Shown here one piece after another: positions 36,960-51,342 of a stretch of DNA of 64,000 nt. Below the pieces are notes generated by a model. It ran no database searches and was not told the DNA's origin. It saw only the letters and a program-made list of their open reading frames with translations. The translations under genes and the position numbers were made by a program. Each line of letters starts with the position of its first letter. Within the stretch, counting starts at the first letter, position 1. Origin of the DNA: Paraphysomonas bandaiensis (taxonomy: Eukaryota; Protista; Chrysophyceae); the NCBI GenBank assembly GCA_965644295.1, contig CBFFRP010000379.1:62001-126000 (forward strand), read 5' to 3'.

Positions 36960-39735
36960 GTTACAATGCTTCCAATTAACATAATATGTAACGACTCAAA
37001 TAAAGCTCAGAAAAGGACTAATCGCAGCGTACCGTGGTCTAGTGGACAACAGCGGTGACACTACACGCCTCATCCAGCTCGACGACCCCAATCACGCTGC
37101 AAACGTCGAAAAGTACACTGAAGAATACATAGAACTCAAAGCAGTTGGTCTCAAACGTAGACCCCGATACAGTTAATGGATCTCCAGCGCCAGCCGCTAC
37201 TTCCAGGGGGAGTGGCGTGAACCTAAGACATCATGATGCCGCGCAGGAGAGAATCAGCAGCCATCGGGATGAACCTACCCACTCCGATGCAAAGATAGCG
37301 AAGACTCGCCCTTCGAAACAATTCAATGGGAATCTAGTGCCGAATCCGCACCACACAGTCGGATCGTGTGTGTCAGCGTGTGGCCAAACGCTGTTACAAG
37401 CCTGCTGATTCATCGGGAAATTGGGGAAATCAGGGTACACCTGAAGGGTCAAGTATTGTCCATGCTACAGCAAAGCACAAAATTTCAGCTGGTAAAAAGA
37501 GTGTTCTCCGAAGCAAGAGAATGGCCAGGAAACGAGTAATAGTAAATGTACACAAACTAGGTGATGGTGTATATACATGTGATGTAAATGCTAAACATGT
37601 AGTAAATCATATGACACATGATACACAATGTATATACAATATTGATATTGTTATGCATGCTATCAGTAATTGCGATGACATTGACGAGCTAACCGATACA
37701 CCAAAGAGTATTCAAGATGCTATTTCAGCTAAATATAAACAGTAGTGAATCGATGCTATCAACAGAGAAATATCCACTCTTCTCAGAGGAAAGGATGCTG
37801 GAGATACACTGCGTTACCACCTGGAGCAAGAGTCATAAAAAAGGGGAAACTCATATTCAAAATAAAAAGAAAACAGAATGATATCAAATTCAAGGCTCGA
37901 CTGGTCGCACAGGGTTTTACTCAAATCCAAGGCATCGATTATAATGATACATACAGCCCAGTCGCGAAGGCTACATCACTACTACGTACAATTATTGCCC
38001 ATTCGACCATTATGAGACTCAGATTGCACCAAATCGATTTCACAACTGCGTACATCAATGCTGACCTCGAAGAGGACATATACATGCATCCCCCTCCTGG
38101 CACGGACGTCCCTGACGGAAAAGTCCTCAAACTGATGAAAAGCATCTATGGTCTAAAGCAAGCAGGTCTTAAGTGGTATAAGTGCTGTACAAATTAATAT
38201 CTAATATCTGACCCGTGTATATTCAAAAAGCAGATTAATGGCAGGATTATGCTAATAGCCATGTATGTGGATGATATTATTATAGCATCTACATCATCCC
38301 ACACTGATATCCAACAATTCAAAGACCATTTATCCAAAAAGTTCGAAATTACGGATCTCGGACTCTTAGATTATTACTTGGGCATTTCCATCCATCAAGA
38401 CTACTTTTTGATAAGAATATCACGACTCTCAGTCAGGAGCAGTATGTCAACAAACTACTGGACAAATTCAATATGTCCAACTGTAAAAACCCATGTCAAC
38501 ACCTATTTTACTTTCCTTCAACTATGATTTACATGAATACAATCATCTTTCAGAGTCAAATCAAAGTTATGTTCAGAATTTCCCCTACAAGGAGCTCATA
38601 GGCTGATGTATCTAGCTGTATGCACTCGACCGGATATCGCCTACGCAGTCAATACTCTCGCCAGATTTTCTGATATGCCTAATCTAACTACCTTTAATGC
38701 TGCGTTACATGTTCTTAGGTATCTCAAAGGCACTGCTAAGCAAGGATTGATATATTCTGGATCCCACATAACATTGTCAGGATACTGCGATAGCGATTGG
38801 GCACGATGTCACCTCACTCGACGGTCCACCACAGCTTTTACATTCTTCATAAGTAATTGTCTTATATCATGGCAATCTCGATTACAGACAACTGTGGCAT
38901 TGTCATCTACTGAAACTGAGTATATGGCTTTATCGTCAGCAGCTCAGGAAGCATTATGACTACGCTCTTTATTATCAGAAATTGGTTTCAAACTTCCATT
39001 CTCAACAACTATTTGGTGCGATAATAAAGGTGCAGTCCAATTATGTTACAATCCTACTCATCATCGACGTGAACACATTGCGGAGAACATTTTGACTGTG
39101 GATCATATATCCACAAAGTCAATGTTAGCCGACCTCCTTACGAAACCACTAGGAGCAAATAACTTCCGCACATTGCGAACTACATTGATGGGGGGAGCTG
39201 GGTTCGACATCCCATCCAGCAGCAACAGAAAGCGATCAACAACCTCAGAGACACCTAAATCACAATTACCAAGCCACAAGCGACCTAGGTGGCTAGTTTG
39301 AGTTACACGGAGTTTTTACCATTTTTTTTTACTTTTATTTCAATACATGATGCTGGACTAGAAGGATGGTCTCACAATATGGCATCTCTGCAGTTCGCTT
39401 ATTATTGACTAGTGACTGCTCCTCTGGTTTTTACTCTCAGTGTGTATAAGTTCATATTCTCTCTATTATCTACGGTTCACTGATTATTTCATTGAGGGGG
39501 CGTATTAGGATTCAGCTTAATACATGATTGTATCTGTGAGTTATAATGTTCAATGAAATATACCATGAACTGAATTAGAGAGAGTATCTGTCGAAGATAC
39601 GTGATCGTCATCATAACGTCGTCATTATCAGTTACACTTCTAACTATTCCGTTGTGCATGATAGCTACGTTCTATATTGTTATTCATAATTTTCACTCTA
39701 TCGTGTTCATTACTTACACTATAATAATCACAACA
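36960..39735 (+). mobile_element. Decayed 5'-truncated Ty1/Copia LTR retrotransposon (RT, RNase H, PPT, putative 3' LTR 39503-39735)
   Basis: FKARLVAQGFTQIQGIDYNDTYSPV, QIDFTTAYINA, KSIYGLKQAG, MYVDD, TRPDIAYAV, GYCDSDWA..RRSTT, QTTVALSSTETEY and ADLLTKPL, broken by stops and frameshifts. PPT ttgagggggcg at 39492-39502 is followed by tatta..caaca. 5' boundary approximate. Confidence 0.93.
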
Positions 39736-41415
39736 TTGTTTTACTATTATAAAGATCAATTCTTTATTATGGCTAAATAGACAATATCGATAATTATATA
39801 TCTATACATAGTGTGGTACCACCTTAATTATACTAATTAGTTACAAAAAGAGTATGTTGAGTTCTGCTATTTTAGAGCAATTGAAAGCTGTAGTTCAAAG
39901 ATATTTGACATACGGCTGTTAATGGAAGAATACAGAACTAATGTCATAATAGCAATCATAGTAGTGAAAGTTATAAGATCTTGATATCTGATATTGTATG
40001 GAAATGATTGGTAGTTGAGACAACATGAATTTGGCGATTGCTAAGTGTATTGCTCATAAGTTTATTATATGTTACTTTATGTTTCTAACTTACAATTTTA
40101 TCTCATATACGATCAATATGTCAATATATACATATTCGTTAGATCTTGAACAGAAAAACTTCCAGTTATGATCCGTGTTAGGTAGAGGAGTTGAAATACC
40201 ACCAGATAATATCCAGAAGACATATATAGGCAACAATGACAAAATTGGATGGTATTATCAGACATCGAGGAACTAGATACAAGCGAGCTACTACTAATTA
40301 AACAAAAGGGGGGGTATCTGCTCTCTATATCTCCATATGAAAGAGCTGAAAGCCGTTCGTAGATTAATTCAGCTACTTCCTATAAGCTTCTAGTAATAAT
40401 GCTGCTTTACTTAATATATTTTTTTATATCTACTTCTCAAGTATGTACATAAGTATACAAGTATGAGATACATGCATATCAGGTGGAAGATATGATGACT
40501 TTAATACAAACAATACATCAGAAACAAGCCATAGATTTAATTAAACTTCCTGGAGCGAGATGATTCCCATCTATGTATGTATGTATATGATGCACATGGA
40601 GCTCATCAGATCAGTTGGAGAGTATGAAGCATTATACAGTGTAGTTATAGGAGCATTCAGAGCATGAGATGGTAGACGTACATGTATGTACTGCTGTATA
40701 GGTATGAGCTCCTCTCTACTCTCTCTCTATATATATGTACACGTATATAGTGTATACATATATATGTATATACGTGTGTGTACGTTTACTAGTAACGGCC
40801 TCCTGTCAGTGTAAGTGCTACATAACCAGTCACTTATATTAAAGAATTGATATCTAGCTGCGATAATGATGCAATGTAATAGCTGGATGAACACTGTGTT
40901 GTCTCCTATCTACTGTACAGGTGAGTGATACTGTCTATGGACCATGCTAACATAATGATAGCTGCGAGCCAAGATACGCATATATGTACAGGATAAAAAC
41001 ACCATATTTTTTTATGAAATACCTTGTTTTTTATGAAGTGCGCTTCTGAAATACCTTGTTTTTTTATGAAGTGCGCTTCTGAAATAGCATATTTTTTATG
41101 TTAAATCTTACATTAAAACCCCGGTTTTAGGGCATATACTCCATCTTAATACCTTTTCTTTCTTTTGGTTTATGAATGGACAGGACACTTCATATATAAA
41201 AATTCCAAAAATTTAATGATAAAAACCTATAAATTCTATATTTTTAGGTAAAAATATGGGTATTTTAATATTAGACTCACTGCAGTAGATGGTACAGTGA
41301 TGTCCATGATATCACAGTCATATGAGTGGATGTTAACTGTTAATACCTCATATATTAGTCCTTCTACACCCCCCTTTATATCCGTCTAGCTAACAAACTG
41401 GATCAACAAACTAAA

Positions 41416-41790
41416 ATGAAACGAAGAGATCGAGTTCGTGAGATAAATATGCGTAATACTATCGCCCAGCATCACTCATCTAATCAACCACAGCACACTG
41501 CTATAACAGAAGCGTTTACACCTCCCGATGACTCAGAGTCTTTATTGGGATATCCCGTATCAATGTCAGATATGAACAGACATAATCCTACACAAAAGAT
41601 GATGCGTAAGGCACGTGTTAGACAACTGATGGCTGATACGGTGTTACAGAGCGATACATCAGGGCACGTGTCTACCACTCCGTTTCAACATTTTATGCAA
41701 AGATCGTTTACAAAAGTTTTGTTTCCTATTCTGAGTTTACTTTCTTTTATATGTGTGGTAGTGTGGATTATCGATGTTGTTTTCCCATAA
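41416..41790 (+). CDS. Small hypothetical tail-anchored protein
   Basis: 124-aa ATG ORF after an A-rich context with one C-terminal TM (VLFPILSLLSFICVVVWII); no recognised domain. Confidence 0.55.
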   Translation: MKRRDRVREINMRNTIAQHHSSNQPQHTAITEAFTPPDDSESLLGYPVSMSDMNRHNPTQKMMRKARVRQLMADTVLQSDTSGHVSTTPFQHFMQRSFTKVLFPILSLLSFICVVVWIIDVVFP

Positions 41791-42049
41791 GATTGTTCTT
41801 CTATGTATGTTCTCTTATATATACACGGACTGTGTGTGTTATATGTTGAAGTATGTACTTTACATGGTAAGAATTTCAGGATGCGAATAAGTCAATGATA
41901 GTATTTTTTATTTACCTACATGAATGCAGTTGGAGTTGAGAAGCCTCGAGCTAAAATCTGCAATACACCAATTTTATAGCGCATAGCCAAATTGCACTGT
42001 GTACATCATAGCCACCAACGAATAGATACTAGGAATTAAAATGAATTGA

Positions 42050-42566
42050 AGTAGACAATTTTGTAAGCGCTAGTTGAATCGTGTTGAGAAGTTGCGACAA
42101 AATACTATTATGTTCAGCATCGATAGCTAAATAACGCCAAGAGCAGTGAAAACCTATTCTATTATTTGGGACAGCAAGTAGTAATTGCAATTCTGCTAGT
42201 TGACTACAACCTACGTCAATTAATTGATACTCAGTCTTGAGTGAAATACAAAGTAGCATGAAACACTTGCATGCCACAACCAATAAGGTTCTTGAAAGGT
42301 TATTCAGTAGAGCTAAGATTGTTATGACGGATTTGCGCAAGAGTATGACTCCTCGGCATTTGGAGTTACTGATGTTTTTACGCATGAACCGTCGCCTCTG
42401 GAATGAAAAGACAGTTGAGGTAGCTATATTGGCAGCTAATGTAGTTTAGTATGAAATAATTGCAATTAAGTGCAATAGTTGAAATTGAAACAGCAAGTAA
42501 TAATTGCAATTATAATTGACTACAACCTGCGTCAATTAATTGACAATTAATTGATACGCAGCCCTG
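42050..42566 (+). mobile_element. hAT transposon 3' remnant with transposase dimerisation-domain fragment and right TIR
   Basis: TTNKVLERLFSRAKIVMTDLRKSMTPRHLELLMFLRMNRRLW (hAT C-terminal ERxFS motif); terminus caattaattgatacgcagccctg at 42566. Confidence 0.85.
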
Positions 42567-42836
42567 CAAAGTACAATACACAGGCTTCAACAAAACGATC
42601 AATACTTCTACAAGTTCCTGGTTTCCAATTTCCAAAGAACGAACGCACATGTCCTCGTAATATAATAATGACGCATAACTCACATCGCATATACAATTAT
42701 TAGTAATTAGTATCAGTCAGGATGTCATCAAGAAAAGAAAATACTATTTAACTCACATTGTCAAATACAAGTTACATATATGTGAAGCTTCAATATAGAA
42801 AATATATGTCGAATTGCCAAGTTACAAGAAATAATT

Positions 42837-45581
42837 TTAGATTCTAGTCTGGACTTTACTTCCTGATACAGCTTCACGCCGTTCAGAAGACTTCCTAGAA
42901 GACTTTCGGGATGCAGCCGTTTTGGACGCAGTAGGTTTCCCTCGTGATATGTACTGCGTGTTGGCAGTGTCACACTCATAACACACACTAAGAAGACATA
43001 TTAACCCATCCACATATTCCTTATATAATGGCCCGCCGGGCGATTTTGATTGCATAGATTCATTGTCAGTCCCTTGTGAACAGAGTACAGCAACACTCTC
43101 CACTCCTTCAACACATTCTTCTAGCATCTGTAAGATATCATCCCTGTACAAGCGATTGTTTTCCTCCACACCGAGCCATAGTGTGCCAACAAGCACTCGT
43201 TGCAGGTACGTAGTGATGGAGATTAGGGTTCGCATCAGGAGTTCCTGCGGGGCAATCGGGTGTGTGTGAGAATACAGAAAGAGGCATATCTCATCATACG
43301 ACGTATCCATCTTATTGTGCGCAAGCAACAGAAACTCAACCAGAGCATTTATAGTCGGCCAAGATACATCTTCATAGAAGCGGCATTCAGGTCCCGCGTT
43401 TTCTATCCTAAGTGCCTGCATATGCGCGTATAAACTCACGAGAGCACAATATCCATCGACATTCCAGTCACTCGCACGAGGAAGGAAGACCACACCCTTA
43501 GTGCTCTGAATGGCAGGTAAAATACCAGTGTGAAGTGAACGCAACCCATCAAGCGACAATTGCATATTCTCATCACCACGTACACAATCACTAATACGTT
43601 TCATTTGAAGCGATTGCAAACTTAATAGCGACGCAATCACCCCATACAATGCAGCCATCACTGTACGCATCCCACTCGACATGTCCAAGGGTAACAAGGA
43701 TTTCAACGATTCCATAAAACTCAACGCCATGTTTAGGGTGTTCGAGAGTACTGTACACCTATCAAATGTACTGGTGCTATCATGAGCCTCCACTGAGCAA
43801 TGACGACAAAACGAACCTTCTACACTACTATCGGAGGAACTAGAAACCTCATTATGCCGAATACACAGCATGGCAACAATACAAAACACACGCATGGGGG
43901 CTATTAGTTCCACTACACACGACTCGACGCTATGATTATCATTATTCAGACCGGAAAGTTGAAAGTTCAGTCCACTAGCTAGGGAATGGATGGGACATAC
44001 AGAAAGTGAGGTGTCGTTGAAAATATCGGCTGAACTTTCTGTTAATCTACACCTTCCGCAACAGATACAAGTATCATCATCGAGAACTTTGTTGAATGAA
44101 ATCATACCCACTATAGCGGTGGGTTCCAAGTGGCAGCACAGAACCAACGTGTCACATGCAGCCTCAACATGCTTCACATCAGCTACAGCTGTGTTTCCGC
44201 TGTCCGCATCAGAACGGTGGGAGCAAACATGGATCAGTTCTCTAAGCAGACGATGACTCTGTTGCGAAAAAATCTCACCCCATTCAGCTTGAGATACAGC
44301 TGGAACAGGTTTCTCAAGGATATCAACAAGTGTGGTTCTTAAGGTTTCAATATCAGATATTGAGTGAAGATATTGTAGCCCATTAAAGACTGTCGGCATC
44401 GTTCGATCTGACGCTGCCAGCGTAGTCGGAATCCGTCCCTCAGACGTCCGTGGGCGCGTAGAACTCTCAGGATAGGAGTGGCGGCCCTTGCGCGGTTTCG
44501 AAACAATATTTGTGTTGTTTTTACCGCCTTTCTGGCTTACTCTAGACAACAATTTGTCCGGATACGATAGCCTTAAAGTTGATATTGCGCCAGTAAATTG
44601 TGAGACCAAGTCTTCTGAGGACTCATCCACGCACTCATCCTGACTGTACTTCATGACAATATTTTCCCTCACAGGCTTACATTCACTTTCAGGGAAACTC
44701 CCGGTACGTAGATCTTTTTGAGTTTGTAATGGCACCTTCTCTTTCTTATTGACAGAAGAACCCTGAGTTGTTGCGATCAAATACATCGAGATAATATGTC
44801 CAGATGCATCTTCTACAACTGTTAAAACACCTGGTGAAGGGTCAGGAACAGACCATGTTGCTGGTCCGAGATTTTCGCCTTCAACCCTGCAAAAATAGGG
44901 GACAGCAGATGCTGGATTGGTATCGAACACAGGAATCTCTTCTGGCCACCAGTATACATCGTCCGGTACTGAATGGTTCCGTCGATCCGATTGATTGTGG
45001 GCAGTGGTCGGGCGGCGAGCGTAGCATATAAGCCATCGATCAACAGTTGGTGAGATATTCTTTGAGTTGTTAGGGTATGTAAAAGGGAATGGTACAAGTC
45101 CTCTATCCACTAGCGATTGAGACAACACAGTTTTACGACTACTGGCATGAAAAAAGGCTGGAACTATAGTGTTATCTTGTTCATTCGAGTTGATACGCTG
45201 TGATGTCCATATATTGTTTCCACTCTCTAGTATATGATAACAAGGTACCCAAAGAGGGTTCATAGTATCCAAATCACTATCTAATAATTGTGTATGTGGC
45301 ATTAACTTTGTATCATATGTGGATTTATTCCATGACTTTCTTCTTCTTTGTGTAGTTTGTTTACTTTTTTTCTCATTCTCAGATATTTTTTCTTTATTTC
45401 TATTAATACAAAAATTAATTCCATTTGGTCGTATTGTCCATTCCGTTAATTGAGATGATTCCGAGATAGTTTCATCTAATTGACGTCGTCTTGAATCGCC
45501 GATAGGATATGATACACGTTTTGTATTCGCAATTTGTATGGGATTACCTCTATCCCACTGTTTTCTATGTTTTTTAGGCAT
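42837..45581 (-). CDS. Hypothetical 914-aa protein (basic N-terminus, helical C-terminal half)
   Basis: Long uninterrupted ORF divergent from the cullin gene; no motif recognised; 3' end may be spliced differently. Confidence 0.7.
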   Translation of the reverse strand: MPKKHRKQWDRGNPIQIANTKRVSYPIGDSRRRQLDETISESSQLTEWTIRPNGINFCINRNKEKISENEKKSKQTTQRRRKSWNKSTYDTKLMPHTQLLDSDLDTMNPLWVPCYHILESGNNIWTSQRINSNEQDNTIVPAFFHASSRKTVLSQSLVDRGLVPFPFTYPNNSKNISPTVDRWLICYARRPTTAHNQSDRRNHSVPDDVYWWPEEIPVFDTNPASAVPYFCRVEGENLGPATWSVPDPSPGVLTVVEDASGHIISMYLIATTQGSSVNKKEKVPLQTQKDLRTGSFPESECKPVRENIVMKYSQDECVDESSEDLVSQFTGAISTLRLSYPDKLLSRVSQKGGKNNTNIVSKPRKGRHSYPESSTRPRTSEGRIPTTLAASDRTMPTVFNGLQYLHSISDIETLRTTLVDILEKPVPAVSQAEWGEIFSQQSHRLLRELIHVCSHRSDADSGNTAVADVKHVEAACDTLVLCCHLEPTAIVGMISFNKVLDDDTCICCGRCRLTESSADIFNDTSLSVCPIHSLASGLNFQLSGLNNDNHSVESCVVELIAPMRVFCIVAMLCIRHNEVSSSSDSSVEGSFCRHCSVEAHDSTSTFDRCTVLSNTLNMALSFMESLKSLLPLDMSSGMRTVMAALYGVIASLLSLQSLQMKRISDCVRGDENMQLSLDGLRSLHTGILPAIQSTKGVVFLPRASDWNVDGYCALVSLYAHMQALRIENAGPECRFYEDVSWPTINALVEFLLLAHNKMDTSYDEICLFLYSHTHPIAPQELLMRTLISITTYLQRVLVGTLWLGVEENNRLYRDDILQMLEECVEGVESVAVLCSQGTDNESMQSKSPGGPLYKEYVDGLICLLSVCYECDTANTQYISRGKPTASKTAASRKSSRKSSERREAVSGSKVQTRI

Positions 45582-46208
45582 TTAATTGAATATATTTATC
45601 ATTTAATGAATTCTAGATATAGATTTTATTAAAGTATGAATGTAGACGTTGATTGATATTTGTAGTAACACTCTATAGGTGTTGGTAGAGATGAGAATAT
45701 AGATAACAGGTATAAAAATCGCCACTTTTTATATCATAAACTACTATAATTCTAAGATCTTACACTTCTGACATCCTGAAAAACGTCAGATTTTTACATA
45801 ACAGTATTCTTGTCATTGAAAATCCATTGTTTTCTCACTCTACACTATAACTCCTTGTTTTCTCCATAACATAAGCTCGAAAACTAGACTTTTCCACACT
45901 TTGACCTTATTCCAAAAATGTTTTGATAGAATATTTTTTCGTTCTTTTACGGTCATTTTCCTCGAAAGAATTTCCTATAGGCAACACTTTTTTTTTGATG
46001 GGATACATACATACATACACGCTTCTACACATACAGGTACATACACAGGAAGAGTATGCTGGATGTGCCTATATATATATACCTACAGATGACTGTATGT
46101 ATGTGTATATTACTATAAGAGTATATATAACACACATATATATACATACATATACATACTAACCTCACTATTAATATATAAAACTACAAGATATTTATTA
46201 GATAAATA

Positions 46209-49200
46209 ATGAGTGATATCGGTGTCATTATCGACCTTGAGGTCGGATGGAATGAAGAGATTATGCGTAAAGCTATTGAACCTCTTAAAGTAAAGTGACT
46301 CTACTTATATATGTATGTATGTATTTATATGGTACACAGGCGATACTTGATGAAGGAATTAAACGTAGTCCGTTTACTTATAAGGAATATACAGCAACAT
46401 ATACGTGAGTGGTCATATATAATTGAAGTACATTGACTGTTACTGTATACACTGTATGCATGTATGTATGTATCATCTAATGCCTTTCTTTAGTATTTGC
46501 TACAATATGTGTACCCAGAGATCCCCTTTTAATTGGTCCGAGCAACTATATGAAAGACATGGAGAGGTATATTATGCAGTTGATAATACTTTTGTGTTCA
46601 AGTTATTTGATTTTCATATACCACTCATTTTATGGTTTGGCTTGCAGACGATTGCCAAATATTTGAATGACACTGTCCTTCCAGCACTTCGGAATCGACA
46701 CGATATATTTTTACTGCAGGAGCTTGTGCGACGATGGCAAAATCACAAAATTATGAATAAGTGGATGCAAAAGTTTTTTATGTATCTGGTAGGACCATGC
46801 ATCCCACAGACGTGGACTATATATATATACGAAGCATGAATAGAAACGTATTTGAAATTAGATAGTTAATGTTTTTTTGTAGGACCGATATCATGTTAAG
46901 TACAACTCGTTACCTCCGTTGAAAGAAGCAGGACTGCATCATTTCAAAACGGTGGTTTATGAAGCAGTGAAAAAAGACGTCGCCAGTGGCATCCTGGCAA
47001 TGATAAACGAGGTCGGTTTTGTATAATGTTTACTTTTCTTTGGGAATGTATTTTACAATCGATGCACATAACTAATAGTACTGTGCATAATTGTAGGAGA
47101 GAGAGAATGTGGTCGTCGACAGGGATCTTATCCGCTCTTGCGTTGACCTGTTCGAAAGCATGGGAATGGGAAGCATAGATGTTTATGAGAACGATTTGGA
47201 GAAGTACCTCTTAGAGTCATCAAAGTAATCCACAACATTCGTGTGCCATATATTGCAACACTTTTCACATAATAATATATATACATTTATGAATTGCATG
47301 TGCGTACTCTACGCTAATTGATGTGTGCAGAGAATACTACGCACGAAAGGCGGAGTTGTGGATGGAAACAGACTCGACACCTATTTACCTCGTTAAGGCC
47401 GAAAAGGCTTTAGAGAGTGAACGAGAGCGTGTGGTTAACTATCTTAACGTACTATCAGAGCCCAAGCTGTTAGGTGTAATAGAGACTGAGCTATTGGAGA
47501 AGAAGGAAAGAATGTTGCTCGAGAAAGAGGGCTCGGGTATGAGAGCTCTCTTAATAAACGACAAGGTTCGTAACATATGTGGTGGAGGTATTTATGGTGT
47601 TGAAGTATATTCTGTGCATGAAGGAATACTTAAGAACGTGTTCTGAATACACTATATGTAATGCTATTCTACTGTACCTAGTTGTATTGTCATCCCTGTG
47701 ATCTATTTTAACCGATGTATTTGCTCCTAAATGCAGGATGAAGATCTCACCCGCATGTTCCGATTATTCAGTCGCGTCAGGGATGGAGGTCTGAACCCAA
47801 TGGCTGAAATATTCCGTGATCATATCGTAAGTCTTGGCATGGAGTGTGTTAATGCGCGGCGAGCTCGAATTGACAGTCTGAAAGAAAGAGAGAAGGAGTC
47901 CAGTAACGATCCGCAATTCATAAAAGACTTATTGGCCCTGCATGATAAGTATCTGGGAATGGTGGATAATCAGTTTAAAGGTCATGCATTGTTCCAGAAA
48001 GCTCTTAAAGATGCCTTTGCCGAGGCAGTCAATAAAGATGTAGGAAAACACAAGAATGCGGACTTACTATCGTCTTTCTGCGACCAGCTATTGAAAACTG
48101 GTGGAGAAAAGTTAGGGGAAGACGAAGTCGAATCGTATCTGGAGAAAGTGGTTCAGTTATTCTCTTATCTTGGAGATAAAGACATGTATGCAGAAATATA
48201 TAGGTACGAAGTCTTGCCTTTTGTTAAACTGAGAGAAAACATTTAGACTGGCGTAGTAGCTACGGCAATACCTGCTTGGACGATGTTGTATGACATGCTT
48301 TTGTCGCTATACAGGTCTCAGTTAGCTCGCCGCTTATTAAATCAAAGGTCAGCATCGGACGACATGGAGCGACTTATGATAAGTAAACTAAAGCTCCGCT
48401 GTGGAAGTCAGTTCACGGGGAAAATGGAAGGCATGTTGACAGATCTGTCCATTGGGGCTGACCATCAGGTATGCCCAAAGACAGCGAGAACACATGTATC
48501 TAGTCGATGTATTATATGTTTTTTTCTTGTGCGCGATGCAGATAACGTTACTGTTGCATATGTACAGCAATCTTTTGATTCATACTGCCGAGATGGTAGT
48601 CGCCTTGCTTTCGCCGGACCAATGGAGTTCAGTGCTCAAGTATTAACGATTTCCTATTGGCCGAGTTATAAAACCTACGACGTTGTTTTGCCCAATATAA
48701 TGGCAAAGTGCTGTCAGGTCAGTAGATTTCGCATGGGCACATATATTTGCAAAGAATACGTTGTATAATGCGTGCGTATACCATTGCGTGTTAAACTCTT
48801 TGCATGCAGGTTTTCACCGAATTTTACGAGGTGGAGACTTCAAAGCGACGCCTTCAGTGGGTGCACAGCCTGGGTGATGCCATTGTGAAAGGTATCTACA
48901 AGACTAGATCATACGACTTTCAGATATCCACCCTGCAAGCGGCCGCTCTACTTGCGTTTTCTTCGACTGACGGGGAAAGTATAACGCTATCGTACACTGA
49001 TTTAGGTACTTCTATGCGTAGCTTATATATTACACTATATTTTCAATGCGGTGCTGTTTTCATATACTGTGAGAATACGTGGTTGTAGTACGGAACGTGT
49101 GTCTAAATGAGTCTTGACGCAGCGAATATGCTACACTTGCCTGATGAGGCTCTCAAGCGTGTCTTGCACTCCCTGTCGTGTGGAAAGTACAAGATTCTGA

Positions 49201-49844
49201 AAAAAGATGGTCCACCAAGTGCAATTCGCTCTACCGACACATTCACAACTAATAACACTTTTAGGTATACAACGTCATTATATTATTACATTTTGCCTAT
49301 ATAAGGCGTGTACTGGGATATATGTTGATATTATATTTTGGAAGCGGATATATGTGATTGCGTATATATATCTACATGTGCAATGAATATTTGTGTGCAC
49401 AAGTGTATTATGCGTGGTAACTAAATTCCCTGTTTTAGCTCAAAGAGCCTTCGATTTCGTGTACCCATTGCTGCGCTGGAGGAATCACATAACCCCAAAA
49501 GGCTAGAAGATGATAGGGGACACACGATTGAGGCTGCTATAGTGCGTATTATGAAGGCACGCAAGACTCTCTCACATCAGCAGCTTATTGCCGAAGTACT
49601 GACCCAGCTCTCGTTTTTCAGACCCGATGTTAAGGTGCGCACACCTTATTGTATAGTGTTCTAATGCAGTATGTATGAATATTTGCTTTGTTCTGTTCCG
49701 TGGTGTTTGTTCCAAAAATACTTTTATATGAACTTATATGTCAATGTGATACAGAAAGTGCGCCGTCACATTGAAGCGTTAATTGAAAGGGAATATTTGG
49801 AGAGAGATCAAGATAATAGGGACATTTACAAATACCTCGCATAG
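46209..49844 (+). CDS. CUL1: Cullin-1-like SCF scaffold, multi-exon
   Basis: [69 protein letters not shown], neddylation motif [13 protein letters not shown] and [14 protein letters not shown]. Confidence 0.95.
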
Positions 49845-50164
49845 CGTTAGTACCTGTGGGCGTGGGCGGGAGAAGTTATTACGAAGAGCATATTAGTGGT
49901 GTACCGTCCTGTCTGTAGCAAGAGAATAACTACCTGTGATAGTTAGCTGACTCTACCCTGACAAAGAGATGAGTTTTAGGTTCTTGCGACATTGAGGAAC
50001 ATAGATAGCATAATGAGATAAGGCAATTACAGTAATGCAATATAGTTGTTAGTGGAATAGTAGTCCAAATGCTAATATATTCACGTGCCACTTGCTCTGA
50101 TGAAAAGCGGCTATCACGAATTCATGTATCTAGTCTTTAGTCTTTATCAGCAACGTATTGCCAG

Positions 50165-50707
50165 CAAGGCTGCATAATAAGTAATTGACGCAGGTTGTAG
50201 AAAAATAAAATTGCAAATTATTATTTGCTTTCTCAAGTAATTGCATTGCAATTAATTTGATGTTAAATGAATAACGTGAGGTAAAATCAATGGTTCTAGT
50301 TTCTTCTGGTTTTCCATTATAAATATCGAATTTTCAAAGCAAAAGGCTATTTCTAACAACATACAATGACTGCAGTCTGCAGCCATCATTAACTTTTTTT
50401 GGAATACTGCATTTGCACTAAAACAATTTCGATGCTGTAAGAAAGAAGATAATTCAGTTAATTGTATGAGTAATTTAGATCTAAATAATTTATTAATCTT
50501 AATAGAGCCGCTTCTGCAGTTGTTCGGTGAATAGTATAATTTGTCTAGAATGAACACATGTTGAGAGTCTAATAGCAAGTTTGAACCTTTAACTAGCTAC
50601 GTGAATTTAGTGCAGCTTATACGAACGCAACTGATGGAATTGAAACATCATGTAGCAACTCACTTTCAATTACTACAATAGTTGACAATTCATGTTACGC
50701 AGCCCTC
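50165..50707. mobile_element. Internally deleted hAT-family element
   Basis: Termini caaggctgcataataag / catgttacgcagccctc; subterminal aattgacgcaggttgtag is the reverse complement of 42520-42537. Confidence 0.65.
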
Positions 50708-51342
50708 TTCCACAATCATACTTCACTGTGCATTCATGATATGAATACAGTACTCTGTATGTCAGGGCTGGAGAATAAAGTATTGATTTGTCAATTGGTT
50801 TGAACTTGAACGAAATACACGACTTATGTCGACTGTCCCTGTCGCTCCATCAGTCTACTGTGTGTGTGTATGTATGTATATGATGGATTACTAAGAGTGA
50901 TATGGTCTCTCGGGATGATTATAATGATATTGATAATGAGAAAGTGGTCTGGATATACCCCCTTAACATGTAGAGCTTATACATATGCATGTATACATGT
51001 GTATATACATGGATACGTGTGTGTATACACATATATATAGAGAGAGAGGATGGTGTAGTGTGGATCTACAGTAGAGTTATACAGTACAGAGAAGTCAAGT
51101 ACAGTCGATATTACACATGGTCTATAGGCTAAGTACTGGATACGCATACTATGATATGGTGATATTAAGTGTGGACTGGTATCATATCTCAGTATCATAG
51201 CACACTTCCTCATAATAAAATTAATGTCTAATACCCCCACTTTATTGACCTGAAAACCTGTTTTCTACCATTTTTCGAATTTTGGAGATGAAAACAGGAA
51301 ATAAAATAAACTTTATACAAAATCATGTATAATATGTACATA

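Noticed and set aside
41014-41086. Short (~33-bp) tandem duplication
   Set aside because: Only about two copies in AT-rich DNA; ordinary slippage.
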